This document shows positions 50,406 to 63,385 of a stretch of 64,000 nucleotides of DNA, piece after piece. The position numbers and the translations under genes are program-made. The DNA is from Macrostomum hystrix (taxonomy: Eukaryota > Animalia > Platyhelminthes). Below the pieces are notes generated by a model that was not told where the DNA came from, ran no database searches, and worked only from the letters and a program-made list of their open reading frames with translations. The stretch is from contig CATNEN010000039.1 in assembly GCA_950097015.1 (NCBI GenBank), positions 18,538,001-18,602,000 on the forward strand, read 5' to 3'. Each line of letters starts with the position of its first letter. Position 1 is the stretch's first letter.

Positions 50406-50993
50406 TCGAAAAAATACATAAATATTTTTGTCGAATAAAAGAACAACTAGTAAATAGTAAATAGATAAATACTAAATAGGCATTTGTATACAAACTTGTG
50501 TCTCAAAGCTTGACATTAAAGTAGCGCTTCATTTTGTATTTGTTTTTTGAATTTTGGATTACAGTACTTGCACATTACTCAAACAACATGGATATATTTT
50601 AGAGGCTTTGTTGAGAATATTAAACAAGACAGGCATTTAGGACAGACCCTCTTGAAGTTTATTCAGAAAGTGCAGTCACGGGATAAAGCAATTAAAAATA
50701 TAGAACAGGGAATTTTTTAGTTCGTTTTCTAACCTTGGGGATATAAATCTTAATTATTTAGGTTTAAAAAAACCGGGAGACTGCTTAGCGACGATATTAA
50801 GAACAATACAGACACAGAGAATAGGGCAGAATTGAAAAAAATTAAAACCGGCTACTAATAGTAGAGAGTACCGAAACTTCAACAGACATTTTTACCTACT
50901 TGCATAGCAACCAAGGAAACTATTCGGTTGCCACGCACAACTTGTCAGCCTCAACTTCAATAAATCTATTAATAATTATGCCAACCGGGTTAT

Positions 50994-53900
50994 TCAGGGT
51001 GTCACCAGCTTGCTCTCGATGTCGTCCAGCCTAGTGACGCCGTTGCGATCGACGCGGTGAACGCGAAATTTCGACATTCCAACAACCAGGCGCTTCTGAA
51101 TTTCACCGATGACGGTGCGCAGAAGGCGAATGCCTTCCTCCTCGGTCATGTCTGGCCGGTAGTGCCTGGTGATTGTTGAGTAAGACAGTTGACTTTTCAG
51201 AGAACTTTGCAAACAGCCAATAATCCTTAAAAAAAATTTTTTTTTCATAAGTCATAAGTTAGACTAATTCTACGAGTATAAGTCTAATTCTTAGAGAAAC
51301 TTTAGATCCCCAGAGAGACATTTTATCCTCAGAAAGACACTTCAGCTCCTCAGAAAAGACACTTTAGATCCCCAGAAAGACATTTTATCCTCAGAAAGAC
51401 ACTTCAGCTCCTCAGAAAAGACACTTTAGATCCCCAGAGAGACATTTTATCCTCAGAAAGACACTTTAGATTCCCAGAAAGACACTTCAGCTCCTCAGAA
51501 AAGACATTTTAGCTCCTCAGAAAAGACACTTTAGATCCCCAGAAAGACACCAAAGATCCTAAGAAAGACAAATAGAGTAACCTCAATCACATTCTCGTAA
51601 AGATATCATCTTCAGACCTCAAGATAGGCATAAAAGCGATTGTAGGCTTAGTCCAATTTACAGTTCCAGGACGTATACTTAAAAAAGCGAGATAAAAAGA
51701 TGACAAACCTGTCCAGAACGGATAGGGACATATAGCCGCCGTAGCCAATGACGGAGAACGGCAGCTTCATTAGGCTGCCTAGGTAATCCAGGTAATAGAG
51801 CTCCGGCTGGCCCTTAGTAGAATCGAAGCCAGCTAGCAGCATGTTAACAAAGTAAGGCGAACGAGAACGCAAACTTTCAGCCTGATTGCGCCTAGTGAAA
51901 TTGGCGGCCGCGTGTGGCGACAATTCGTAGCCGTGACGAATCTTGTACAATTGAACATTCTGTTCAATAAATTCGGCAAATTTGTTAGTGTCGCCGCTCT
52001 CCCCGCTGACAATGATGGCGAGGCGCTCGGATAGGCGAAACATCTTGTCCACGTCTTGCGGGTTAAAATAAATGAGAGCAGGTAGCCTTAAATATTATAC
52101 CTGATCCCAGAAAATATAGTTTTTGTTTTATTACTAAACTTTCAGGAAGATGTGAAAAATGGCACATCATTTAGTGGCACTAGACCTACAGCCAGCAAGG
52201 TGGCAATTCCTACCATTATGCTGACTCCAGAGTTGAGCACAAAGGCATATACATGGGTGTGTACATATGCACATCTCCCTATTGTCAGGACACTTACCCA
52301 TTGTCAAGCAGTGTACACTACTGTACTGTGCCCAGGAGGTTGGCCCATAAGGATCTAAACTGTATGACAAGTCCCCTCTCTGTGGCTGCACTTCAAATGA
52401 ATAGTGGCCTTGCCCAGAATCAAACTCAGGACCTTGGTGCGACTTTGCTCTGCCACTCTGGGGATATTATCATGAAATGCACTAATATCTACGAAAAATA
52501 TTTTTATTTATTTATTTATATTTATTTACGAAAAATATTTTTTATATTTTTATGTAAATGTAAAGAATCCACACTTTTGCAATCAAATATTTTCTACTGT
52601 GTTGTAAGTGATTGCTTTCTAATACTGAAAACATAAACCTTGTTACATTTTAATGTAAAAAATAACCATAAATATAAAACCATATATGTGATATTAGGAA
52701 GTGATAAACAATGTCTTCTTGAGACAAAATGTTACTTTGGGGAGTAAAATAAATTTATATAGATGATAAAGTAATAAAAAAGAAATTTTGTATTGCTTTC
52801 AAAAAGAATGAAATTTGGAATTACTAGGAAATTTAATAATCTAAATTTAGTTCTAAAATTAATCATAGAAACTCACTACATTTTATTATATATTAGCTTT
52901 CTGTTGCTATTGGGTTTACAAACTTTTAATGTAGATTATAAATAAGTTGTAAATTAATTTTGTAGACTCTAGCTCCTATAGTAGAAAGTTTGAAATCTTA
53001 AAGTTTGTGTTAGGATTAGGGATTTTTTAATTTAGATTGTGATTTTAGCTGACCTCAATAAATATATTTAAAAAATAGAAGCATAACTGTAAATTGTAAT
53101 AATGCATAAAAACATTCATATACAGACTGGAGTTGCTACATTTTGGCTTCAGCATTTTGTTGATATAAGTTGATATAAAAAAATTATTTTATAATACTAA
53201 ACAGTTAAAAACAAATATTTTTTGTTATGGCTACCAATTATGGCAAGTCTAGAAAAATCTCCGTAATCTGTAACCATAACCGTAAGCTCAAAATATGTCT
53301 GTAACCGTAATCCGTAATGAAAATACAGCTTCAAAAGTGTCGTAGCCGTAATTTGTTGTAGCCATAATTACAGCGAAACACTACAGTGTACACAGGACAC
53401 CAGTGCATTGCAACAGGTGCCACCACAACATATGTAGTGTTTACCATGAAATTATATAAGTTGTTACTTGTTACAGTGCACTACTCACTGTTTTATCTAG
53501 TGTGGCATTGCAATCTTGCAATTAGAACATTTGAAAAGTAAAATAAACATTTGCGTTTTCACTTTTTTATATTTCTTTTTGCCATTTGCTTAGTTTTATG
53601 TTTATTTTGTTAATAAAATCAAAAAAATTTTTAATTCATTTATTTAATATTACTACTAGGCCTATTGTTAGTATTTAAGGAAAAAAGTCTTTTAGTGTCG
53701 CAAGGCAGGTGGTGATGGGCCCACAATAGTGCACACAAGGGTTTTAGTGCTGACACATGGCACATAAGAGGGTTTTTATGTCGGCATACAATTATAGGAA
53801 AGGCAAAAATGTGTTCAGCCGCACACAGCCATTTTCCTGACTATAGTTACTTCTCAATGTGGCTTTAAAATTGTAGTAAAAAAATTCAAAGCAAAAAAAT

Positions 53901-54422
53901 GAGCTTTTTTTACTTATTACCTAGTGCTACTATGTAACCAATCTTAAGTCTACCACTTATTATTAAAAGAAAAAAAACATGAAATTAATTTATGTAGAAA
54001 TCAAGAAAAAATGCCACATTCTGATTATGGATGAAAAAGACAAAGATATAAATGCTATGAGTACAATGTTTCTGTATATTTTACTGGTGTGTGCTAGTGT
54101 GCAATTAGACAAAGTTAAACTTAAGTCATAAGAAAAAAATGACTAAATATTAGTCAGTTCTTTTCATATTAGTCAGTAACTATACATGGAAATTAGTTGT
54201 GAGTTTTTTTAAAATCATACAGTTTATATAGTATAACAGATTTCTGAATTACATAAATCATAAAAGTTCAGACAGTAAATCATGCTATAAGCACATCTGT
54301 AGACAAAAAATAAATCATAATAGCTACATACCATCTTTCATTGAAATAATAGACCTTCCTCCATTACAATCAGCTGCTAACAAAACATAGTCATTCATTT
54401 GAATTCCAATAAGGCACTCCAT
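50994..54422 (-). CDS. PSMB2: Proteasome subunit beta type-2 (beta4/PRE1), 3 exons, 202 aa
   Basis: Exons 54332-54422, 51709-52054, 50994-51165 (609 nt). [83 protein letters not shown]. Confidence 0.97.
51290..51570. repeat. Degenerate ~21-bp minisatellite CAGAAAGACACTTTAGATCCC
   Basis: PSMB2 intron 2. Confidence 0.85.
52155..52462 (-). mobile_element. SINE family A copy with CpG decay
   Basis: GACCTACAGCCAGCAAGG versus consensus GACCCGCAGCCAGCGAGG; GGCCTTGCCCAGAATCAAACTCAGG versus GGCCTCGCCGCGGAATCGAGCTCAGG. Confidence 0.8.
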
Positions 54423-56049
54423 TTTAAAATATTTAATCGCTTAATAATTTATCTTTTTAGTGAGAATCACGCGGAAGAATGAAGCCTTTCTGCGCAATAA
54501 TTGCAATTTAAAGTTTTTATTGAATTATAAGAACGTTGTTATTTAGTATAACACAACAAACGATTAAAAGACATTAAAATTTGTACAGGCTCATCTAACT
54601 TAAAATTCGGGTTACCGTGCAAATCTAGAAAACTAATTTCTCACAAGTACATTACATTTTTACAACAACAAAAAGTTGGTTTAGTTTCACGAGTTTTTTA
54701 TGGGATGCTAGTTTTTTTATTTGCTTAGTTGTAATATTAATAATGGGAATCCAACTTACGACTAGTTCGTCTTGCGCGATATAGGGCTGTTAATTTACTT
54801 AACTAAAAGAGTGGATCTAGTATATGAAGACCGTCAGATCCGTCGTAAGTTCGAGCTTGACCAACATTACTGGTCAATAACGCTCTCGCCAAGAACGAGT
54901 GAATTTACTTCATTAAAGCTTTGAAAATTATAGCCTAAATGTCAGACAGAAGGTGAAGATATACAAAAAGCTATCTATTTTAGGAGAACCAGGTAAACAT
55001 CATCAGTTTTACTATTTATAGTTTATTTTTCAGGCCAAAATTAATTGCTAATACAAAAAATAAATAAATCACACCAAGCAAAACCTGCAGTCTACGAAAA
55101 CAATTAGCAGCTGGCAATGAACAAACTTTTTTGTATAACTGAAAATTTATCAAACAAATTGAATATAGAATGACAACCTGAACAATCAAGTAGTGGGTAA
55201 TGATTAAATAGCCAATTAAATATAAAGGAACGACTACGTGCTTATTCTAGATCTACATAAACAGGATTAGTTATTAATTATAAAGGAGCTGATTTTCTCG
55301 TCTAAAATAATGAACTTTCTGTGCCGATTAACATGTCGATTAATTAGTGCCGAAGAGAATCTTGTGGTAAAATAAAAAAATAACATTATATCAATTGTGG
55401 CCCAAAAACGAGGTTTCAGAAGTCTATGAGCAAGCCCGAGTTGAACAATACCATACCAAGGTAATGCAGTTTAACAAAAAGGCCAACGTTTAAACAAAAA
55501 ACTGGTGACTAAAGAGGCCACCAAAAAGCCAGCAGTGAGTTGTTGTTTAAATGAGCACGTTTACAAAATAAACATTATAAACGAAAGCACGATTTTAACA
55601 AACAACTACAGCAAGGAAGGGTGTTAAGAACGATGAGAAAATATAGTTAAAAAACTAAAGTCGAACCAAAACTTTTTCGTGCAAAAAATACAGTAAAAAC
55701 GGAAAAGCAGTGAAAAATACGTGTTTAAATCTTTTTCTTTTTGTTTTTCGGGCAGGCTGTGAGGCTAAAAGACAACAAGACATCTTCAATGAAGAGACAA
55801 GACAAAAATCAATTTACTTACATAGAAATTCTTATTGAATTCGGTACCTAACATAGGCTGATAGGTAAAAAGAGCAAAATAAAAAATGATTTTAAACAGT
55901 GCCCAGATTCAGTGCTAATGATGCTAGGAATAAATTATTAGATGTGCAGCGATAATATCAGGTTTACACTAATCTGCTATGAATATGCACCACAAAACGG
56001 TAAATAGAGCAAAAGTTAAGGTAAGTAAGGTGTTAGATGTTAGGGTAAG

Positions 56050-56868
56050 GTGTCACTGAGCCCCTTTCATCAGTGTGGGGTGCCACTGAACCCCTTTCAT
56101 CAGTGTGGGGTGTCACTGAGCCCCTTTCATCAGTGTGGGGTGCCACTGAACCCCTTTCATCAGTGTGGGGTGTCACTGAGCCCCTTTCATCAGTGTGGGG
56201 TGCCACTGAGCCCCTTTTATCAGTGTGTGCGGTGCCACTGAACCCCTTTCATCAGTGTGGGGTGTCACTGAACCCCTTTCATCAGTGTGGGGTGCCACTG
56301 AGCCCCTTTCATCAGTGTGGGGTGCCACTGAACCCCTTTCATCAGTGTGGGGTGTCACTGAGCCCCTTTCATCAGTGTGGGGTGCCACTGAACCCCTTTC
56401 ATCAGTGTGGGGTGTCACTGAGCCCCTTTCATCAGTGTGGGGTGCCACTGAGCCCCTTTTATCAGTGTGTGCGGTGCCACTGAACCCCTTTCATCAGTGT
56501 GGGGTGTCACTGAACCCCTTTCATCAGTGTGGGGTGTCACTGAACCCCTTTCATCAGTGTGGGGTGTCACTGAACCCCTTTCATCAGTGTTGGGATATTA
56601 CTGACCCCTTTCATCAGTGTGGGGTGTCACTGAACCCCTTTTATCAGTGTTGGGATATTACTATCTCATTTTATCAGTGGGGTGTCACTGAACCCCTTTC
56701 AATAGTGTTGGGATATTACTGACCCCATTTTATCAGTGGGGTGTCACTGAACCACTTTCATCAGTGTTGGGATATTACTGACCCCATTTTATCAGTGGGG
56801 TGTCACTGAACCCCTTTCATCAGTGTTGGGATATTACTGACCCCATTTTATCAGTGGGGTGTCACTGA
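56050..56868. repeat. Minisatellite, 30-bp GTGTCACTGAGCCCCTTTCATCAGTGTGGG (unit has internal CACTGA/TCAGTG hairpin)
   Basis: Tandem units downstream of the Y-box stop codon. Confidence 0.95.
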
Positions 56869-57441
56869 TCTTTCAGATAAGTATCTAAGGTCCAAGAGAG
56901 TGAGACGATGTAAAAGAAAATTAAAAAACTGAAAAAAGACAAAATCAAAGCAGAATCAGAAAAACTAAGCTAGGAAGTTGAAAAGTAAATCCGATTGATG
57001 GCAAGTTAGCACACATCTAGAACTGGACAAAGACTTGAGAAGAAACAAAGTACAAAAATAACTTTAATTACCAATTAGTACCAAATTAAGCCAAAAATGT
57101 AGGACCGCAGATTTGTTAGAACGCGACCAAGATGAGCAAATCGCAAACAAAAAGCTGGGATTAAAAATAAAACAAAATAAAAATATAACAAATCAACTAG
57201 CTTATGATTTAATGCAGTGTTGCAAAGTTAAGCCAGAAAAAATTAGATGCTTCGTCAGTCAAACAAGTGCGCTAAGAAACTAATGAGCAACGAATATGCA
57301 TAGCTCGTATAGCTGTATTAATAATAAATTCTACTAATTAACTAGCTTTAGTGATCGAATCAACAACCAAATGTTACTAATTTTATAATAGAACACTTGA
57401 GCAACGATTGGCCGATCGGTCGGTGCATTCAAACTCAAAGC

Positions 57442-60400
57442 TTAAACCGTGGTCTGTTCGGGCTCATTGCTGCTGGCGGCCTGCAACAAAACACACGACT
57501 GGCTAATTAAGCATCTAAGAAATGGAACAATGCCTTTTGTAAATTGTGCAAAAAGAGCTTGAGTATGTGTTTCCTAGAAACACTGTGAAAATGACCTCAG
57601 AACGGCTTCACTAACTCAGCTTATCAATAGGGTGTCATTGACTTCGGTGACTACCATATACCACTCACTGGCCCCCTAGAAAATAATCACAGGAGGCTTC
57701 GGGCAATGGCACATCAATTTGTGACACTAGACCCACAGCCAGCGAGGAGGCAATTCCATGCCCATTTCGCTGTCTCCTGAGCACACACGCACACGGATAC
57801 CGTACGCAGGCATACGCTCACACCAGTGTGTATAATTCTTAATCGTCAGGCTGTGTACATTTCACAGTGCCTTGGAGGTTGGCCCTCATGAGCATAAATT
57901 GCACGACAAGCCCCCCAAATCAATGTGGCCTCGCCGCGGAATCGAGCTCAGGGACCTTGGTGCGTAAGGCAAACGCATTAACTGCCCTGCAACTCACCCC
58001 ACTAACCCCATAGGTATCCTATAAATTGGGGGTCATTGACCCTATAGCTATCCTTAGAATTGGAGGGGGGTCACTGACCCTATAGCTATCCTTAGAATTG
58101 GTGGGGGGGTCACTGACCCTATAGCTATCCTTAGAATTGGAGGGGGGTCACTGACCCTATAGCTATCCTTAGAATTGGTGGGGGGTCACTGACCCTATAG
58201 CTATCCTTAGAATTGGTGGGGGGTCACTGACCCTATAGCTATCCTTAGAATTGGAGGGGGGTCACTGACCCTATAGCTATCCTTAGAATTGGTGGGGGGG
58301 TCACTGACCCTATAGCTATCCTTAGAATTGGAGGGGGTCACTGACCCTATAGCTATCCTTAGAATTGGAGGGGGTCACTGACCCTATAGCTATCCTTAGA
58401 ATTGGAGGGGGGTCACTGACCCTATAGCTATCCTTAGAATTGGAGGGGGGTCACTGACCCTATAGCTATCCTTAGAATTGGAGGGGGGTCACTGACCCTA
58501 TAGCTATCCTTAGAATTGGAGGGGGGTCACTGACCCTATAGCTATCCTTAGAATTGGAGGGGGGTCACTGACCCTATAGCTATCCTTAGAATTGGAGGGG
58601 GGTCACTGACCCTATAGCTATCCTTAGAATTGGAGGGGGTCACTGACCCTATAGCTATCCTTAGAATTGGAGGGGGGTCACTGACCACCAATCATAAAAC
58701 TGGCTCCCACAGCAATACAGTCTACTCACATTCTCGTGGTGCTCCAAGTTATTGTCTCCTCGATCTACAATGCGCGGCGAACAGGTAATGCCGCCTCTGC
58801 CGCGGCCCCGACCGCGACTGCGACCACCGCGACCTGGAACAAAGCTGCCTCGATGACCAAACACTGGCAGCTGCTGATAGTACTGCTGCTGGGCTGGCAA
58901 ATAGTCGACCGTGCTAAACCGTTGCTGGGAAGGATTGTACATCTGGTCGTAGCCATAGTAACCATAGCCGTATTGATGGACTGGCTCCGACTGAAATTAA
59001 TGTTTACACAGGGGAATTATCTATGTAGTCAAATACTACTACAGTAAATCGTCTGCATCATTGTCATTTAGCAGTTGGCAGTCAATTTAAAAAATTGTAA
59101 TTTATTTATTGATATTCTTAGAAAATTTGTACCATTAATTTTAAAGCAATACGAGCATTTTTTGTTTGCTATTAGTTGTTACTGCTATAAAAAAATAATT
59201 ATCAGTTTATTAGTCAGTTGAGAAAGCCACTTCTAGGAGCAGTCACAGAACAAACAAGCCCACGAGTGTTGTCCAGGTAATTTAAACTCACATATCTGCT
59301 AGCGGAGCGCCCAGAAGCGCCCCTACCGCCAACTCCTTGATAGTAGAAATGCTGCTGCTGATGCTGTAGCTGGGGCTGCAATTGAGCTAACTGTTGCTGC
59401 TGATAATACTGATCAACCAGATAGTTATAAGTCACATCGCCGCCGCCAAAGCCTAGCATAGCGCCGTGCCCTAAGCCGAAGCCTCGTCTTGCGTCGCCAC
59501 CGACGCCGCGTTGCCTAGGGCTATAACGATCGGCTGCGTAGGCGCTGCCACGAACCGCATTGCCATCCGGCCCAGTGACATTGGCCGCCTCCTGGCCTTT
59601 CTCGCCTTCGACAACGTCGAATTCGACGCGCTCGCCGTCGCCAACGCTGCGCTGCCATTTCTTAGGATTATTACGAGAGATGGCTGTCTGATGAACAAAG
59701 ATGTCCTCTTTTGTGTCGTGTCGATTGATGAAACCGTAGCCATTCTTAACGTTGAACCACTTCACAGTGCCAGTCACCCGAGTGGCTGATTTAAGGATAA
59801 AAAAAATTATGTCAGGGTTTGCTAAGATTTACAATTTAGATTTGAAAAATTATAATATATTAAATTTAACACTTGAATAATGCTTCCTATCATTGTAATT
59901 GCCTAACTAACTAGTTAAGCCAAGGTGAGCGCCTAGTAGAGCCCAGATGAGTGTGTGGGAGACTTAACGTTAATGTCTGGGAGAGTCTAAGTGAGTGCCT
60001 GTGAGGGTTTAGGTGAGTAGGTGAGCGTGAATTAAGGATTCTGAGATGAGGAATTAGGGTTATAGAGACCATTGATGTTGTTAAAAAAACCAGCCATATT
60101 AACTATAAGAGAACAACAAGTTTTTAACCATTTAGTTGTATTTGAGACCAAGGCCTTCAAAGCAAAGTCAAGAATTGAAGAAGTAATTTTATTAGCAGTT
60201 CACAGATTCTTTTAGATGGCTATCAATTTAGCTGCCAAAATAGCCATTTCCTCAAAGATGACCATATTACACTTGTTGGCCTTCAAAATCTGATCTACAA
60301 TTAAAGCAGGTTGCTTATGCCAACACTGCATGTGCATCACATGGAGCATGAGTTTGGCTTACTGGTCACAGATACATGGCTTTTATATTTTTAAGCTTTT

Positions 60401-63385
60401 TACCAAAGAAAAATAGATTTTTTATATGAAACTACATGACCTTAAGAGATGTTATAACAGATTGTAAATTTTTTTATTTCGATTGCAGTGAGGTGGTACC
60501 ACAGTGATGTGGTAGATAAATGTGGCAAAGGATAGGAAGGGTGACAGATTCATAAATGGAATTTATCACTAAATATTTATAACTTTGCATGACATTCATA
60601 TAGCTAGCACATTTATGTACAAGACAATGTGGTGATCTATTTCAGCAAGCTGCCATGTGGATAATAGAGGCATTATTAGCACAGATCCATGTGAACAAAG
60701 TAGGCGTTCACATTGGACCATGCTGGTAAGCAGTGCCATACAAATATAGTACAAAAATTGTTCTAGATTATTGTGTTATTTTGGCTTTGCTATAGATACT
60801 CTTTCTATAGAAATAATAAGTACTATACAACATTTATGCAAAAATTTAGCAATTGCTAATGTCATAGAACTAGAAATTCCTAATTCCAACCAAAATTCCT
60901 AATCTAATACTTGGGTGTGTCATAAGTAATGTTACTGTGGTTGCTGTGCAGAAACCCAAAGCAATAAGCATCCAAACTTATTACATTCCGAAAGTAAATT
61001 TTTTGAGAAGTTGCCCCCCAACAGAGCAGCAATTTTACTGTCATTGGCCAAACCTGTTGCAAGAATTTGTTAATCAGATTTAGCGAGCGCAATGCGATGA
61101 AATCTTCTTTTTGCAACAAGCAAAACTCAACATGAATTACAAAAAGACACACATCCAGTTCTATGCTTTTGTTTGCTTTAAGCTTGGAATATCTGCAGCT
61201 GAAGTAGAGGAGGATCTCTGGACCACACTGCCAGACAACTGCCCAACTCGCAGGACAATTTACAGGTGGTTTCAGAACTTGGGTTTGATCCTGGGTTTGA
61301 ATCGGAAGATGCCACCAGATCTTGCTGACCATGTTCAACACCAAACAAATGAGTCTCTATCTGTACAACTCCACCCAACACCAAGGTCAATGGCCAGTAC
61401 TTCATTGACTTTGTACGACACACTGGGAACCTCTGGCACGCTCTCCAGTCAAACCCAATGCACCTGAATGAAGTGCTGTGGCAGATGGACAACGTACAGC
61501 TGCACACCTGTCAGGCTGTTCTGGATTTTCTGGCTGGATGGCGAGTGAATCTGCTCTGGCAGAGTCCCTACAGCCCAGACTTTAACTTTTGCAACAGGTT
61601 TCTCTTCAAATGGCTGAAGGCAGACTTTTCCCAGAAAGATTCACAAACCATGATGAGGTCAAAAAGGAAGTGCTTATTCCCACGGTCCCATGCCAATATT
61701 TTCAATTTTATCCACACGGATCCATGCAGATAATTTTCTGCTTATCCACACGGCAGCTTATATGAATAGGTCTACTTTCAAGTCCCTACCTATTCTTCTC
61801 TGAGCATAAGGCTTTTGCTTCAGAGTATAGTATATAGTGTACACTTTTGATGCATGGTGTAAAATAATAACAATGATGTATATATAATATGTGACGAGGT
61901 TGGTGCTGACTAGAATTCTTCTAGTTGACTCATGATTTTCTTTGATAGATAAACTTCTTACTTTTTAAGTCAATACAATTTGAATGAAAACATATAACGA
62001 TGACAAAAAATTTAGTAAGTTGTTATTACAATAATTAAAAAGGATGACATTAATGTCAGTTAATGAATGTGTAGGTAGGTTGAAATGTAGTCTAACACTG
62101 TCATAACGCACTGCTAACTTTGTCAATCTATTGGCTCAAGGGTTCAACAAAACATTCAAGCCTGATAAGGGCCTCAAAGAACAGAACCGTGTGGATAAAA
62201 TTGAAATTAATGGCACAGCATATTTATATAAAGAGTTTTAGACCTATTCATACAAGCTGCTGTGTGGATAAGCAGAAAATTATCGGCACCAATCCATGTG
62301 GATAAAATTAAAATTATCAGCACAGGACTGTGGGAATAATCCATAGTCCGGATCATGTCGTTTACGCCGGAGATCTCCGGCGTAAATCTGGTTTGGGATC
62401 GGAGGCTGGCGTAAGTGCTTGGCGTAAGTATAGGCCAAAATGTGCCTTGGCATAAGTGCTTGGCGTAAGTACATGGCATAAATCAAGTGGCGTAAATGTT
62501 AGCACAAATGAGATCATTCACAATCAAAGTATCACTATAGAACATAACACATTTGCGTTAATTATGATGTTAAGGAGCAGCATTAAAACAAAGTTCATTA
62601 AAATATTGCAGTTCGTATAAATGAGATAGCAGAATATCTATTGTAGGATAGCAAAAGTTTTTTAGCTTTAAGATGCTTACTTTGATACTTGATTCAGAAT
62701 TTGCAACTTGAGATTTTTTAACAGTTGCAACTTCTGAATTTAATTAATCACCGATTAACAAGAATTGTGAAGGACCTTTTTTGGGTGGCGTAAGTCAGAG
62801 GGACCATTTTTTGGTTGGCGTAAGTCTGGCGTAAGTGCCAAAAATGTTGGATTTTTCCTCCGGCATAAGTCCAGCATGATCCGGACTATGGGGAATAATC
62901 TCTGCCGGTCAAAAAACCTCATTGCACTGGTTCTGACAGTTAAACGAAAAACACCTGCAGGCTGAGGTGGAAAAGCTGTACAAGCACTGCCAAAGGGTGA
63001 TTGATATTGGGGGACACTATGTTGTTGATTAATACAGTTTTGTTCATCTGCAATTGTTAATTGGTCTGTTTTCCCCTCAGTGACATTACTTATGACACAC
63101 CTGAAGTACTTTTATATGGCTTAATGCAACATTTCCAAGAGACTTATTTTAGTACCTTACATTACTTTTTGTTAAAAACAACTGATAAATGCAACAAAAG
63201 TAATATATCTTAAGAAGTTAATGAAGTTAAAGTAGTCAAACCATTAAATAGTTAGCTAGCTACTTACCTAAAACTTTTTTATCCTTTTTTACAGCTTCAA
63301 TAGCTAAATTGTTCAAGCCTGTTTGGGTGTTACTATCATGATTGTCTCTACCATCATCTGTCACATTAGTTTCAGAATTATGCAT
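57442..63385 (-). CDS. YBX: Y-box (cold-shock domain) RNA-binding protein, 4 exons, 303 aa
   Basis: Exons 63268-63385, 59292-59785, 58730-58990, 57442-57480 (912 nt). [42 protein letters not shown]...[38 protein letters not shown], followed by Y/Q-rich and RGG-rich tail. Confidence 0.96.
57690..58000 (-). mobile_element. SINE family A copy
   Basis: Reverse complement of 30643-30985, including the head. Confidence 0.88.
58005..58688. repeat. Minisatellite, 38-39-bp GGGGGTCACTGACCCTATAGCTATCCTTAGAATTGGA
   Basis: Y-box intron 3. Confidence 0.96.
60910..63106 (+). mobile_element. Decayed mariner (Tc1/mariner) DNA transposon with pseudogenised transposase
   Basis: TIRs CTTGGGTGTGTCATAAGTAATGTTACTG / CAGTGACATTACTTATGACACACCTGAAG flanked by TA. 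Transposase remnants: HTH ([10 protein letters not shown]...[10 protein letters not shown]), WQMDN, SPYSPDF..C..FLF, C-terminal [12 protein letters not shown]. Frameshifts and deletions present. Confidence 0.9.
61666..62906. mobile_element. Composite non-autonomous MULE-like TIR element nested in the mariner
   Basis: 9-bp TSD GGTCAAAAA (61657-61665 and 62907-62915). Termini GGAAGTGCTTATTCCC / GGGAATAATCTCTGCC. Two internal foldback units, 61674-62339 (~100-bp TIRs) and 62341-62891. Confidence 0.8.

Noticed and set aside
54753-54851. 10-bp inverted repeat AACTTACGAC/GTCGTAAGTT upstream of PSMB2
   Set aside because: Too short and without a TSD to call a MITE.
56050-56868. Tandem hammerheads (CTGATGAAAG on the minus strand)
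   Set aside because: CUGAUGA and GAAA overlap; no stem II or NUH cleavage geometry.
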